Below are positions 50,697-64,000 of a stretch of 64,000 bases of DNA, one piece after another. Source of the stretch: Hemiscyllium ocellatum (Eukaryota); assembly GCF_020745735.1 (NCBI RefSeq), contig NW_026867509.1:1116001-1180000 (forward strand). Reading direction: 5' to 3'. The translations under genes and the position numbers were made by a program. The number at the start of each line of letters is the position of its first letter. The stretch's first letter is position 1. Under the pieces are notes generated by a model. The model was not told the DNA's origin, made no database searches, and worked only from the letters and a program-made list of their open reading frames with translations.

Positions 50697-52226
50697 CTGT
50701 CACAATGCAACGAAGCTGCACTGAATGGTGGGTGCGCAGAGAGAAGGAAAGGGGCGTCAACATAAGGTTGCAGAGAAACGTTTATTTCCAAAACATTATT
50801 CTAATAAAACCACAATATTAAAATATATCCAATATTTCATAACCTAAGAGTAAACAGTCCACCATTGGGGCAGGTTTCCTCTGCCTCTTATATCGAATAT
50901 ATTCTGACAATCCATGGAGGTGATTAGAGAATGTTTCCTTTCTGGTTATATAGATTAAAAACTTTGCGACAAGAAAATTTCCCAAAATATCTGACCTGAT
51001 TTTGTTTTTCAATCCGCAATGAATATTTCAAAGCAGCAGGATCGCACCGTGGGATGGATTAAAAAAATACATTTTGCTCATAAGACGCCTTAACCAATGA
51101 GTGCAAATTTCTAAAACCTCGACTGATATTCAATAACATGAATGCTTTCATCTTTTTATCAATGAGATGTTTTGATTGAGTCGAGTTTCCCACCAAATAT
51201 TGCAAGCACACAGAATGCCTGTTCTTACAGATCAGTCATGAAGTTATGCAGCTAAGATACAAGTCATTCGGCCCAAGTTGTCCATCACCAAATATCTTTC
51301 CAAATGTGATGTAGTCACGTTCATCAGAATTTGGTCCATACCCTTCGAAATCTTTCCTATTCCTGTGGCTGCCTAAACATCTTTGAGATTTTGTGATTGC
51401 ACCTGCACCTACCACTTTTTTGACTATTACTTGCATGTACACATCATCCTTTGTATGAAAACGCTGTCCCTCATGTCCCCTCAAATCTTTCCTCTCTCAG
51501 CGTAAAAGAATGTTCTGCAGGTTGAACTCGTCTACCCAGGGGAAAATAAGTTTGATTTTCAGCTTATACACGTCCCTCATGATTTTACAAACCTCTAAAT
51601 GTTCGCCTTTCCACCATCTATCTTCCAGGGGAAAAGTGTATCAGCCTAACCAACCTCTCCTTGTACCTCACATTCTTGTAAACCTTTTCTACTGATACTT
51701 TCGCTACTTAGCTTTACACAGTATCCTGAAAATCTTCAGTTTCTAATGCATATTATTGTGAGTTTTCAATCTTTAAAATGTATTCTTCAATATTGAGATA
51801 TGCCCGATCAGGTTCGTCTGATGATCCAGAGTCTCCTCACCTGGCCGACTGCTGTCCATACTACATCCTGGTATTTCATACATTTGATAGATTACATTCC
51901 AGTCTTTCTCCATCGAAGATTCAGTTAGTGACAAGCCAGTCTCAGGGATTGTATTCTCAGTGAAAGTCAGCAGTGAAATCCACAGCTCGCCAAATACGCA
52001 GGAGCCAGTTAGGACCGTCTCACATTCAGTTCAATAATCAAAATTGTTATTCCGTATGAGCGATATTGGAGTGTTATTCAACAGATTGTCGCCAAACATT
52101 AGCTCATAGGAATGTAACTAAGTGTCACGATGCAACCGCTGTGATAAACAGCCCTCAACAGTTAACAGCTGTTCCCCAGAGACTGCAGTAGACATTGCAT
52201 AAGACTCACTCATTCACAACAGTGTG

Positions 52227-52516
52227 TGGCTCGTTGCGCAGTAAGAAACCGCGGTATCAGACAGCACCAGCTTTGACATGGTGAATCAGTATATCTCTGT
52301 CTGCTGGACTGCATCAGAAAAGCAGTTCCGAGTGAAAACCGCGACATTTTCAGCAGCACTGCACGTGTGCCTCTGGATTGTGAAGTCACACTATCTGCCT
52401 GGGTGCTAGAACAAGTAATAATCAATACCAGTAGGTGCAGTTTAAAGAGATTTCTTATCCCTCTGTCTGTGTGAGCGAGATCTGCCGCTGGGTTACAGAA
52501 TCTGCTTCGATCAAAT
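52227..52516 (-). pseudogene. V pseudogene of the 9.3-kb family
   Basis: Acceptor cttccag, then LIEADSVTQRQISLTQTEG*EISLNCTY...SKLVLSDTAVSYCATS. Heptamer CACACTG at 52226-52220 with a decayed nonamer. Stops and deletions. Confidence 0.88.
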
Positions 52517-52917
52517 CTGGAAGAAAAGGTGAGAGAAAGCAGAAATCGGTTCTTAATGTTCGAGTGACCTAAACCAAATTCGCAGCACTTCCTTAAAATA
52601 GAACTAAGAGCACAAAAAAAAACTCATTCTCTCGTCAGGCCCATGACCACGTTTAAGCACTGGCATCTTTCTTATACCTTCCCCTCATGCTATCGGCAAC
52701 CATTTCATCCGTTTCATCTGCAATTCATCTGGTTTCCTTTCAAATAGATCACTGCTACTTCCTCCAAGTACTTCTTGTCGGGAAGACAAGCACATTTCTA
52801 TCTGTTCTCTGGTTAAACACTTCTCTTGAAATCATAATTGGATTGGTCTGTGTCACATAAGTTTGTTCATTTAAAATTATAGATCTGTAATCCGTCTCAT
52901 GTGGAATATTACTTTAA

Positions 52918-54211
52918 GGTGTTGGTTTGCTCGCTGAGTTGTAGGTTTGGTATCCAGATGTTTCATTACCTGGCTAGGTAGCATCATCAGTGGCGACCTG
53001 CAAATGAAGCGAAGCTGTTGTCTGCTGATTTCTATTTATATGTTTGTCCTGGATGGGGTTCCTGGGGTTTGTAGTGATGCCATTTCCTGTTCGTTTTCTG
53101 AGGTGTTGATAGATGGTATCTATATCTATGTGTTTGTTTATTGTGTTGTGGTTGGAGTGCCAGGCCTCTAAGAATTCTCTGCCATGTCTTTGCTTAGCCT
53201 GTCCCAGGATAGATGTGTTGCCCCAGTCGAAATGGTCGTTTTTTGCTTCTGTGTGTGGGGCTTAGAGGGAAAGAGGGTCATGTATTTTTGTGGCTAGCTG
53301 GTGTTCGTGTATCCTGGTGGCTAACTTTCTTCCTGTTTGTCCTACATAGAGCTTGCGGCAGTCCTTGCATGGAATTTTGTAGACGTCGTTGGTTTTGTCC
53401 ATGGGTTGTACAGGGTATTTTAAGTTTGTTAGTTTTAGTTTGAGAGTGTTGGTGGGTTTGTGTGCTACTAGGATTCCGAGGGGTATCAGTCGTCTGGTTG
53501 TCATTTCTGAAACTTCTTTGATGTATGGTAAGTTGGTTAGGGTTTCTGTCTGTGTTTTGTCTGCTTGTCGCGGTTTGTTCATGAGGAATCTCTGGACTGT
53601 ATTTTTTGAGTATCCGTTCTGCTTGAATACTTTATATGGTGGTTCTCCTCTGTTTTCCGAAGTTCGTCTGTGCTGCAGTGTGAGGTGAGCTAACTCACAC
53701 TACTTAAAAGACCCTGTACAACCCACGGACAAAACCAACGTCTTCTACAAAATTCCATGCAAGGACTGTCGCAAGCACTACGTAGGACAAACACGTAGAA
53801 AGTTAGCCACCAGGATACACGAACACCAGCTAGCCACAAAAAAGACACGACCCTATATATCCCTCGTAGCCCTACACACGGAGGTAAAAAACGACCATTT
53901 CGACTGGGACAACACATCTATCCTGGAGCAGACTAAGCAAAGAAATGGCAGAGAATTCCTAGAGGCCTGGCACTCCAACCACAACGAGATAAAGAAACAC
54001 ATAGGTCTAGATACCATCTATCAACCCCTCAGAAAACGAACAGGAAATGACTTACCACAATCCCCAGAAACCCCATCCAGGACAAAAATATAAATAGAAA
54101 GCAGGAGGCAACAGCCTCGTTTCAATTGGAGGTCGCCACTGATGATGTTACCGATCCAGATAATGAAACGTCTGGATATCAAACCTAGAGCTCAGCGAGC
54201 AAACCTACACC
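52918..54211. mobile_element. Penelope element 3' region (GIY-YIG) present as an inverted duplication
   Basis: Minus-strand VYKIPCKDCRKLYVGQTGRKLATRIHEH. 52918-53435 is the reverse complement of about 53690-54211. Confidence 0.92.
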
Positions 54212-54844
54212 CTAAACCTCAACCTGAGCTACAAACCTTCACGAACTTTGGAATATTCCTGTCCATGTCCGAATCCTCAGATCTTTGCTCCATTGTAAAT
54301 ATACCAGTCCAGTTACCTGTTAGTTTTCTCGACAGTAGACGAAGGAACACGAAAGTGCATGTTGTTTCATAACATTTGTAATCTCTTAATTCTAGCATCA
54401 TCGTCACAACGCGCTTCTCCATTTTATTTTGTGTATCTTCGTTCCTCATGTCAGATAGATACAAAAAGTGCATGCAAAAACTCAAATCTGCTCCAACTAA
54501 GCTCCAATAATTGCCGAAAGCAAGTACCATATTTGTCAAATGTATTCCTAGAGAAATTAAAACCTTTATTTCAAAATTTAATTCTTCGCAACAGTGGGAG
54601 CAACCAAGAGCAGACAGATAATGGAGGGCCACATCACCGCTGCTCCAGAATGTGAGAAATGCTTCTATGCCTCAGAAACCACCACAACATCGGACAACAA
54701 AAAGCTGACATCATTGGCTGCATTTTGTTTGATTTCAACTCCTTTGTATGATGTGATAGGATCAACTGGTTCTGACGGCGTCAATGTTTATGTTAAAGAA
54801 GAGACAGTATCAATGATGCGTTCTGATGTGTAGAAAATGAATAG

Positions 54845-55143
54845 TGAACACAGGTAGCTTGTCACTAACTGACCAAAGAGCCAATTTTAAAACTCACTGA
54901 ATGTAGAACTAACTTGATTTGTAACTGGTTTGAGATTCAGGTTGAGGTCAAACTGAGTTGACCGGCAGCTTTGCTGTTTAATGATCTGTAATAAGTAGTC
55001 TCAGCGAAATAATACAGTTGTTGAAATTAGATTGAGGTTCCTTTTTTATGCACCATCATGAGTCAGTCTGAGTTTGCAGAGTGGTGACTCTGAGAAATTT
55101 CTATGTGGATGCAACAGGCAAAGATTTTCAGATCTCATTCTAT
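54845..55143 (-). pseudogene. Highly decayed paralog of the single-exon V at 6148
   Basis: Minus-strand AGATCTGAAAATCTTTGCCTGTTGCATCCACATAGA aligns with the 6.15-kb leader AGATTTACAAAGTCATTTTGTTGCTTCCCACATTGA. VHKKGTS and YYRSLNS align with VNETGTK and WYRQLLS. Confidence 0.55.
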
Positions 55144-56451
55144 GTTAAAAGAATGCAAATTGAGATTGGAAAAGATACGAAATATCAGGATAAACCGGAC
55201 ATTTCACGTTCATTTTAAGGAAGCATGAGTAACTGAACCTAATTTCTCCAGCTAATTCCTCAGTATGGAGTTAATTTGCATCTCAAAGCTCACTCGTTAA
55301 TTCTGAGCTGATGGGGGCAGTCTCGTGCAAATATGGTACGCTTGGAATTACTTTGTAAAGTGCTGGTAATCAATGTACATCTCTTCACAGTCTTTTAGCT
55401 ACTCAGCTTACTCTGTTCCAACCCTGTGTCTTTCATTAATACATCACGGTTTCAGTCAGCCACAAATATTGGACAGTGAAATTTCGCTGACTTTACACGT
55501 GGTCAATATGAGCATAAATTCTAGCCCTCCTCCAAAAGCCTCTGGCCTGATAACAGAGCAGACCAAGAATGTCGGTGCTTTACATCGAACCTGACGAGTG
55601 TTTTGTCACGTTTATGTAGTAACAGCAGTGGTCGAATGACTGTAACTAATGATCATCTCATAGTCTTGAAACGTCATTGCTGAAACCGATTCCTGAGAGA
55701 CCGAGACTTCCGGGCCACGACCTCCAGAAATTTAGTAACGTCATTATTATGGAACGGCACCTGTTATCACCTGACAACGGAACAGTGTTGAAATAGAGAG
55801 AATGCATATCTAAAACAATGTTAGCGATGTCTTTACGTGGAAAAGTGTGTACATTTTAGCATGTATTACCAGTTATGAGAGATGTTTTTGTAAATTATGA
55901 TTTTAAAGTAAAAGTCATTTTTGTCCACTGTGCATACGAATTTGTACAAAAAAATTGACCTTGAAATTGTTGAATTCAAAAATTAATTTAATATTGAGCA
56001 GGATCTAGAGTTTCTGCTAGCTGATTGCTGACTCAGTAAGCAGGTGCTATCCAAGAGCTCCCCGTTCATTTATTCTCCAGATCCTGACATCAGAGGGACA
56101 GCATTCAATGGACCGGAGACCAGGGCAGGAATGAGACTGAATGCCTCACCTTCAGTTATTTCAGTCTGGTATCTCCGCGGCATGCTGAGAAATAATTCGG
56201 TTTGTTCTGGTTTCAGGTTGGAATGTTCATCATAAATTATCTTTGCAGTGACATTTTAGCTCCCCACAGCGAAGTTGAAGAGGCACATCTGTAATTGTTT
56301 AAAACCAGTGATGCACACAGTCCGCTGAGTGCATCATTTTGTATGAAATTAAGTTAGGAATAACTGCAATCTCAGATAAGAATGGCAGATTATGACTAAC
56401 ACATTTGGAATGACAAACTGACAAAGCTGTTACTTTAGCACAATCACAGCC

Positions 56452-56523
56452 GATTCCGTGTTATAATGGCTAGCACTCAGAACTTTGAAACCAGTGACCC
56501 ACGTTCGAATCTTGGCGGGGCCG
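56452..56523 (+). pseudogene. tRNA-Gln(TTG) pseudogene
   Basis: GATTCCGTGTTATAATGGCTAGCACTCAGAACTTTGAAACCAGTGACCCACGTTCGAATCTTGGCGGGGCCG aligns without gaps to vertebrate tRNA-Gln. Anticodon TTG at 56485-56487; the anticodon stem is broken by mismatches. Confidence 0.75.
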
Positions 56524-56544
56524 CAGCTTGCCTTGTTCTAGCGC

Positions 56545-57762
56545 TTGTTTAATTTTGAAGAAGTAACAAAGAGGATTGATGAGGGTAGAGCAGTAGATGT
56601 GATCCATATGAACTTCAGTAAGGCGTTCGACAAAGTTCCCCATGGGAGACAGGTTAGCAAGGTTAGATCTTATCGAATATAGGGGGAACTAGTCATTTGG
56701 ATACAGAACTGCCTCAAAGGTTGAAGACAAAGGGTGGTGGTGGAGGGTTGTTTTTCAGACTAGAGGCCTGTGACCAGTGGAGTGCCACAAGGATCGGTGC
56801 TGGGTCCTGTACTTTTTGCTATTTACATAAATGATTTGGATGCGAGCAAAAGAGGTACAGTTAGTACGTTTGCAGATGACACCAAAATTGGAAATGTAAA
56901 CTCGATCTGGAACAGATGAGCCAATGGGTTGAGAAGTGGCAGATGGAGTTTAATTCCAATAAATGCCAAGTGCTGCATTTTGGTAAAGCAAACCTTAGCA
57001 GGACTTATACACTTAATGGCAAGGTCCCAGGGAGTGTTGCTGAACAAAGAGACCTTGGAGTGCAGGTTCATAACTCCTTGAAAGTGGAGTCACAGGTAGG
57101 TAGGATAGTGAAGAAGGTGTTTGATATGCTTTCCTTTATTGGTCAGAGTATTGAGTGCAGGAGTTGGGTGGTCATGTTGTGGCTGTACAGGACATTGGTT
57201 AGGCCACTGCTGGAATATTGCATGAAATTCTGGTCTCCTTCCTATCAGTAAGATGTTGTGAAACTTGATATGGTTCAGAAAATATTTACAAGTCTGTTGC
57301 CAGAGTTGGAGGGCTGAGCTAGAGGGAGAGGCTGAACAGGCTGTGGCTCTTTTCCCTGGAGCATTGGAGGCTGAGGGGTGACCTTATAGATGTATACAAA
57401 ATTATGAGGGGCATGGATAGGGTAAATAGGCAAAGTATTTTCCCTGGGATCGGGGAGTGCAGAACTAGAGGGCATAAGTTTAGTGTGAGAGGGGAAAGTT
57501 ATAAAAGAGACGTATGGGGCAACTTTTTCACACAGAGGGTGGTATATGTATGGAATGAGCTGCCAGAAGATGTGGTGGAGGTTGGTACAATTGCAACATT
57601 TAAGAGGCATTTGAATGGGTATATGAATAGGAAGGGTTTGGAGGGATATTGACCGGGTGCTGGCAAGTGGGACGAGATTTTGTTGGGATATCTGGTCGCA
57701 TGGACGGGTTGGACCGAAGGGTCCGTTTCCATGCTGTACATCAATACGACTCTATGACTCTA
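56545..57762 (+). mobile_element. CR1-clade LINE, 5'-truncated
   Basis: [69 protein letters not shown]; stops and deletions. Confidence 0.93.
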
Positions 57763-59404
57763 AAATCATTTGTTGGCGTTCGTTACAGCGCGATTGTTCA
57801 TTATACCGTTTATTCTATATCTTAAGAAGCATTTCACTATGCTTCAATTGATGCTGCATCTTGTGGAAGCAGCTACTGTAATTGAGAGAGTGCAGACTCT
57901 CGACAAGTGACTGCTGCAAAGCAGAATATGTCTGCTTGAAGGCGAGCAATTTCTTCTTAAAATATCCTCAGCTAAAATGGAACCAGTGAACGTAGCAATT
58001 ACATTAACTGCATTTTCCTCGTTTATGATCAAGAGATATCACTAATATTGCTGAAGGAAAGTAGAGTTAACGTTTCAAGTCTGATGTTTTGCCATGACGA
58101 AAGACCTCTTGAGCCCAAACGTTCACTCTTCTTCCCCAGATATTTCCAGGCATGCAGAGTTTATCCAGAAATTGATACTTTGATTTCAGATCACTAGCTT
58201 TGCAGATCTTTAATTGACATTGCGAAGTAATTGTCTTAATTGGGATTGGATTTATGTACAGAGGCAACTGTGACTTGTATTCGAAGGCACATTTACGCGT
58301 TTACCCAAAAGCAAACAGCATCACGCCGAATACTTTTCCGTTTTCTCGTTTGTTTAACAGATGAAACTTTCAATTTTAAAGAGTATTACAGGAGATTGTC
58401 CTTTCCTGTGCGTTTTTAATAGAAACTCTTCGGCTGTGAACTCTTCACTTTTGCAAGAATGGGAAGGGATTGAAATTCTCACTGAGAAATTTTGATATAG
58501 AAAAGCAGAGTGACTGTGATCGAGGAAATTTATACATGCATGGATGGGGCCAGTCTGCCTGGCGACGTTGTGGCCTATTTGGTTAAAGTACCCGTTCAAT
58601 AGATACGAGATTGTGCTTTCTAATCAATTTTTAGGCTAAAGACTCTTTGCTTAAGTTTCAAAGCGATCCTTTGAGTGCCATGTTGTTGATGCAAAAAGGG
58701 TAATGAGGCAGACTCTTTCAGAAGACTCCCAAGGCTGTCTCTGGGCATATCCCAGAGAATTGGAAAACGATCAATATGACATCCTCACTCAAAAGGCGAG
58801 GGAGACAAAAATCAAAACCTCTAATTACAGGGCGATTGGCCTCACATCGACTTTGAGCAAGTATAGAAATCGATTGGTAAGAAACAGCGGCTCATTTGGA
58901 AAATTACAATCTAATACAACAGATTCAGCATCGCTTCTTGAAAGGGAAATTTAATGAATGAATCTTTTAATTTTTTTAAGGAAGGCAAACTGAAGTCGAT
59001 AGAGGGGAATCAGTAGACTCGTCGTTTTGGATTTCCAGAACAGGTATCTCATGGTACTTCATAAAAGTCTAAGTCAGAATCTAAGAACCAACGTTTTTGT
59101 CGATACCACCTTTTCATAAATACATAGTGGTCTCATGGGCACGATGCAACTATGGGGAAACGAAGTTCCTTTTATTCAATCTGCCAAACAATGCCAAGTG
59201 GGGTTAAACAGGGATCAATACTTCAACCATACAGTTGATCGGGTAAATACTGAGAGATAGTTCCACTCATTACAGACTTAAGACAAGTGCATATAGTCTC
59301 AGAATAATGGGTTGCCAATTTAGGAGAGAGATAAGGAAGAATTTCTTCTTTCAGTGAAATGTATAGAGTCGTAGAAAGAGAGATGCACAGCACGGATTCT
59401 AACA

Positions 59405-60665
59405 TTTCAGACCGACTCGTCCATGCCGACTAGATACCCTAACCCAATCTAGTCCCACCTGCCAACACCTGAATCATATCCCTCTAAACCCCTCCGATTT
59501 GCCTTTTAAATGTTGCAATTGTACCAGCCTCCATCAGTTCCTCTGCCAGCTCATTCCATACAAGTATCACCCACTGCATGAAAAGGTTTCCCCTTCAGTC
59601 TCTTTTGTATCTTTCCCCTCTCACCCTAATCTCAGCCCTCAAGCTCTGAATTCCCCCACTCCAGAGAAAAGACTTTGTCTATTTATCCTATCCATGCCCC
59701 TCATGAATTTGTAAACCTCGAAGAATGTCATTCCTCAGCCTCCAACACTCCAGGTAAAACAGCTCCAGCCTGTTCAGCTTCTCCCTGTAGCTCAAATCCT
59801 CCATCCCTGCAAAATTCTTCTAAGTCTTTTCTGAACCCTTTCAAGTTTCACAACATCTTTCTGATAGGAAGGAGACCAGATTTGCACAATATTCCCAACA
59901 GTTGCCGAACCTATGTCCTGTACAGCCGCAACATGACATCCCAGCTCCTGTACTCAGTACTCTGACTAATAGAGGAAAGCATACCAAATGCATTCTTCAC
60001 TATCCTATCTATTGCGACTCTATTTTCAGGGAGATATGAACCTGCGTTCCAAGGTCTCTTTGTTCAGCAACACTCCCTGGGACCTTACCATTAAGTGTAT
60101 AAGTCCTGTTAAGATTAGCTTTTACGAAATGCAGCACCTCGCATTTATCTGAATTAAACTCCATCTGCCACTTCTCAGCCCATTGGCCTATCTGATCAAG
60201 ATTCCCATTGCAGTTTGAGATATACTTCTTCGCTGTCCACTACACCCCCAATTTTGGTGTCATCTGCAAACTTACTAATTATTTTCTTTATGCTCACATC
60301 CAAATCATTGATATAAATGTTGAAATGTAGTGGAGCCAGCACCGATCCTTGCAGCACTCTACTGGTCACAGGCCTCCAGTCTGAAAAACTACGCTCCACA
60401 AACCACACTCTGTCTTCTACCTTTGAGCCAGTTTTGTGTCCAAATGGCTAGTTCTTCCTGTCTTCCATGAGATGTGACTTCGCTAATCAGTCTTCCATGG
60501 AGAGCCATGTCGAATGCCTTACTGAAGTCCATATAGATCACGTCCACTGTTTTGCCTTAATCAATCCTCTTTGTCGCTTTTTCATAAACTCAGTCAAGTT
60601 TGTGAGACATGATTTCCCATGCACAAAGCCATGTTAACTATCGCTCATCAGTCCTTGCCTTTCCA
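59405..60665 (-). mobile_element. CR1-clade LINE, 5'-truncated
   Basis: Minus-strand WRPVTSRVLQGSVLAPLHFNIYINDLD...[10 protein letters not shown], plus the CR1 tail toward 59405. Confidence 0.9.
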
Positions 60666-61829
60666 AGTATGTCTTTCAACATTTTCCACAGATATCTGTT
60701 TGAACATAGTGCCATTAACAATGAAATTCATTTACTTTAAAATACAGTCTGCAGCTCAAACAGAAGTTTAAAATTGTATGAGTTACATTTTCTGATCATT
60801 AATGGTATTTGTAAACTTTCAATGTCTGAGATTTAATCTACTGAATTCCTTCATGAGGCGTGAGTTTGACTGGGAAAGGGAGCATTTGTTGTTATTTCGT
60901 AATTACCCTCGAACTGAGTGCCTTGCAAATTTGCCAACTGAAATGAAATTTCCCAACCCGGTCTGTTGACAGAAAGTTATCCTAAGATTCTGGCTTTTCT
61001 GGTGCAAGAAAATTACAATGACTCCACCACCCGCCATTTCAATCTGCATTGTTTCATGCTGATCTGCGAAAACATATTCCATTATTTTTGTTTTAGATAT
61101 GAAAGATATCAAACAAAATTTTTCAAATCCTATTGAAACTAACAGGAATGCCTTAACGTTTCGTTGAGTTAGAAGACTAAATAGTGATAATATCCATGTG
61201 TTAAGCAGCAGATCGACAGAATATTATTTAGCTGATTCTCTGCCCAGCCGAACCATCAGCCAGTCTCCAAACCAGGATGGTAGAAGTGGAGCAGGTATTT
61301 GGAAATCTTATGTCCCCACTGAAACTAGAATCTGGATAAAGTATGTCCACTCTGGAGCTACAAATGGTGATGTATCGTATTGGAACATGGTACGTCATGG
61401 CTTTCATGTTTTAAGAGCAAGTCACAGGCCGAAGACGGCATTGCCATTTTTCACACTCTGCCAGTTCCGATTGCAGCTGCAAGTGTTCTTGGAAAAGAAA
61501 ACGAAAATTGCTTGGGAGGCTTAGCAGGTCTGCCATCCTTTATGGATAGGATGTAGAGTTAATGTTTTGGGAGTGATCCTTCTTGAGACCCGAGTGTTCA
61601 CTCTGAATTTGCTCCACCGATGCTGTCAGACCTGCAGAGCTTTTCCAGCAAATTAAGGTTTAGTCTCGGATTTCAACATTCACAGTTCTTTCGGTGTTAT
61701 TGGAGAAATTGCTGCCGCCGTGCCATTCTTATCATTTATTGGATCAGCAAAGCAGTGGAGCAAGGATCTGTATTTCTGGTCTCACAAAGAATTGCCTGCA
61801 CCGCAGAGTACCAAGTGAAAAATCAAGAT

Positions 61830-62170
61830 GTGGAAATGACTCATACCAGTCCACGTCATTGCACCCATTCTCAGTAAATATCTTCTTAGATAAAGCTGGC
61901 TATTTGAATACAAATATCATTCTTACTTGAATGCCAGAAATGCTGGTGATCATATCTCTTGTCATTTTAAAACCTACTTTTCATTTGTTCGAATGGAGTC
62001 AACATGATCCAGCGAAACATCAATAAAATGATGATGTAAAGAATGTCACACTGAGCTACAACTGGAAAACATGTGATTCTGGCACTTCTAAAGTTGTTAG
62101 AGTTGGAGCCCCAGGCTGCCTCTATGGTTCATATTTCAAAGTCCTGGAAGCGATGTGCAGACGGGCAATA
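61830..62170 (+). pseudogene. Decayed 5' part of another V of the 23.7-kb family
   Basis: Leader end ATTCTCA|gtaa at about 61873. gaatggagtcaacatgat...aatgtcacactgagctac matches the 23.9-kb gaatggagtcagcaagat...aatgtcacactaacctgc. Confidence 0.6.
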
Positions 62171-62283
62171 TCGTTATTGATCGAGGTCATTAATTGAACG
62201 TGGAACTAAGGCATGTGGGTATTAACGAAAAAAAATGTCTGCAGCAGAATGCAAAGTCAATCAACGCAGATGCAGCCTTGTTT

Positions 62284-62598
62284 TTTAGATTAGATTAGAC
62301 TTACAGTGTGGAAACAGGCCCTTCGGCCCAACAAGTCCACACCGACCCGCCGAAGCGCAACTCACCCATACCCTTACATTTACCCCTTACCTAACACTAC
62401 GGGCAATTTAGCATGGCCAATTCACCTGACCCGCACATCTTTGTGACTGTGGGAGGAAACCGGAGCACCCGGAGGAAACCCACGCAGACACGGGGAGAAT
62501 GTGCAAACTCCACACAGTCAGTCGCCTGAGTCGGGAATTGAACCCAGGTCTCTGGTGCTGTGAGGCAGCAGTGCTAACCACTGTGCCACCGTGCCGCC
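62284..62598 (-). mobile_element. Full-length HE1-like tRNA-derived SINE
   Basis: Minus strand: ggcggcacggtggcacagtggttagcactgctgcctcacagcaccagagacctgggttcaattcccg (A/B boxes), a V-SINE-like core, and a (TCTAA)n tail. Confidence 0.9.
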
Positions 62599-62769
62599 CT
62601 TGAAGGAAAAGTGCCTGTCCAACAAATACCCGTTGAACTGATATCAGAAGTGTGTATGCATGAGAGGAATTAGCTCAAAAACAGGATCAATTCTCAAGAC
62701 AGTCAATAATCAAGAAAGATAATAATAACAATGCATAAATAAGATGTTTCCGCACACAGCTGGAAAAGC

Positions 62770-62772
<3 letters not shown>

Positions 62773-62812
<40 letters not shown>

Positions 62813-62823
62813 ATCTATCTATC
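62773..62823. repeat. (TATC)n microsatellite
   Basis: Visible tandem TATC units. Confidence 0.95.
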
Positions 62824-63037
62824 ATGTTCTGCCCATCTATATGGTTTTAGTACTCCACACGCACAACTTTTTGATTTAATGTGATTGTCTACAATTTATC
62901 ATCGTCCTGCGATTTCGTGAATTAAAGTTCTGCGAAATTTAATCATTGAAATTTATGACTTCTGAAATCACTGTTCTTTTCTAAAAGTCTTGCAACGGGG
63001 GAGCGTTTAACAGAAAGCAGACAGATAACACATTGTA

Positions 63038-63350
63038 ACAAACTGTGTGGCCAGATCCATTGTTTCTCTCACTGTGGCACAGTAATACACTGCAGCATCT
63101 CGACCATTTTGTCACATATAAAAATAGTTTTGAACTACTCTGCTGTATCAAACGAAGGTATGTGGTGTGCGATGTTCACATTCCCCTAATGTATGCATCC
63201 GTTAAATTTCAGAAACACTGTTAATGTTTTTTTTTCACCAGTCTACATTTTCATCAGCACCAGTGGAGAACCTCTTGTCCAGATCCACAGATTCCCCTTC
63301 CAGAGAAAGAACATCGTCAACCTGTGAGCTCTGATTCTCAAACTGAAAGG
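63038..63350 (-). pseudogene. V pseudogene with RSS (CACAGTG-23-ACAGTTTGT, 63076-63038)
   Basis: Acceptor gttacag, then FQFENQSSQVDDVLSLEGESVDLDKRFSTGADENVDW*...RDAAVYYCA directly followed by a perfect heptamer. Nonamer decayed. Confidence 0.8.
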
Positions 63351-64000
63351 CTGTAACAGAAGTGACATAACTCAAACACAACTCAATATTGAGTGATAGT
63401 AAAAAAAGACGTCTTATTAGCAAACTAAACATACTCTTTGCCAGAAACATCAGAGCTCGAAGTGAAAAAGAGCTTTGTTGCCTTCATTTTCATGCTAATG
63501 AAGAGGGACAGGAGGCAGACCCAACAGGCTCTGGTTTTCAGACCAGGACTCGGTGACCAAGCAAAGGACTCTCAGAAATATTGTTGGAGATCATTTTATT
63601 TTCCTCTGGCATGGCAAGAGGCCAATGCGGGGTATTCTCACAAACGGATTATTATGAGATTTCGACACCAGACTTCGTATAATGTTGCACTCAGGGATTA
63701 TCTGTCTTTGCCTGTTTAAGCCACAATTGGATTAAGCATTAACTGTTTCCATCTCTCTGTCCCCCCTCCCACGCACACAGACTTTCTGTCACTCACGATC
63801 TGTCTTTGTCACTCAATCGCTGTCTCTCTCTACCTGTCTCTTTTTTTCCTGTCCCGTCTTCGTCTCTTTCACTCTCTCTCATTCTCTCTCTCCCCCCATC
63901 CTAAAACATTTTTCCTCTCTCTCTGATTGAGGGCTTCATGCAGACATGTTATGAGTCATAGTTTCACTGCAATACCATGAGTCGTTGTGAATTGACTGAA

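Noticed and set aside
54594-54833. Plus-strand TTTTSDNKK similarity to the 6.1-kb V
   Set aside because: Short low-complexity match. The better paralog is on the minus strand at 54845-55143.
61230-61460. TISQSP ... QAED motifs suggesting an Ig-light- or gamma-like V relic
   Set aside because: Too short, no conserved Cys or Trp, no nonamer; not supportable by eye.
1-64000. NAR-TCR, IgHV or TAILV cassettes, D segments, J clusters or C exons
   Set aside because: No V with IgH- or NAR-like frameworks, no short segment flanked by paired 12/23 RSSs, no convincing FGxG J and no constant exon were seen.

Overview
Cartilaginous-fish genomic DNA, probably a carpet shark. This is inferred from HE1-type SINEs, a DeuSINE, CR1 LINEs and Penelope tails. 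The window lies inside the variable-segment array of an antigen-receptor locus, most consistent with TCR alpha/delta. There are five open V exons with 23(-24)-bp-spacer RSSs (9.3, 11.2 minus, 23.7, 47.3 and 50.1 kb); four have a recognisable leader exon. About eleven V pseudogenes or relics occur in both orientations. I found no C exon, no convincing D or J, and no clear IgHV-, TAILV- or NAR-TCR-type V. The array was built by an old inverted three-gene duplication (6.1-11.2 kb vs 50.1-55.1 kb) and a direct duplication (23.1-29.4 kb vs 31.3-36.2 kb). The most striking observation is a V family with two intact copies about 60% identical. Both lack the canonical Ig-fold Cys23 (Phe) and Trp41 (Leu) and share Phe89, which suggests a selected disulfide-less V domain with a repacked core. 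The rest is mostly decayed retroelements: Gmr1-type Gypsy, CR1, Penelope-like elements with minimal hammerhead motifs, and SINEs. All alignments and counts were done by eye.
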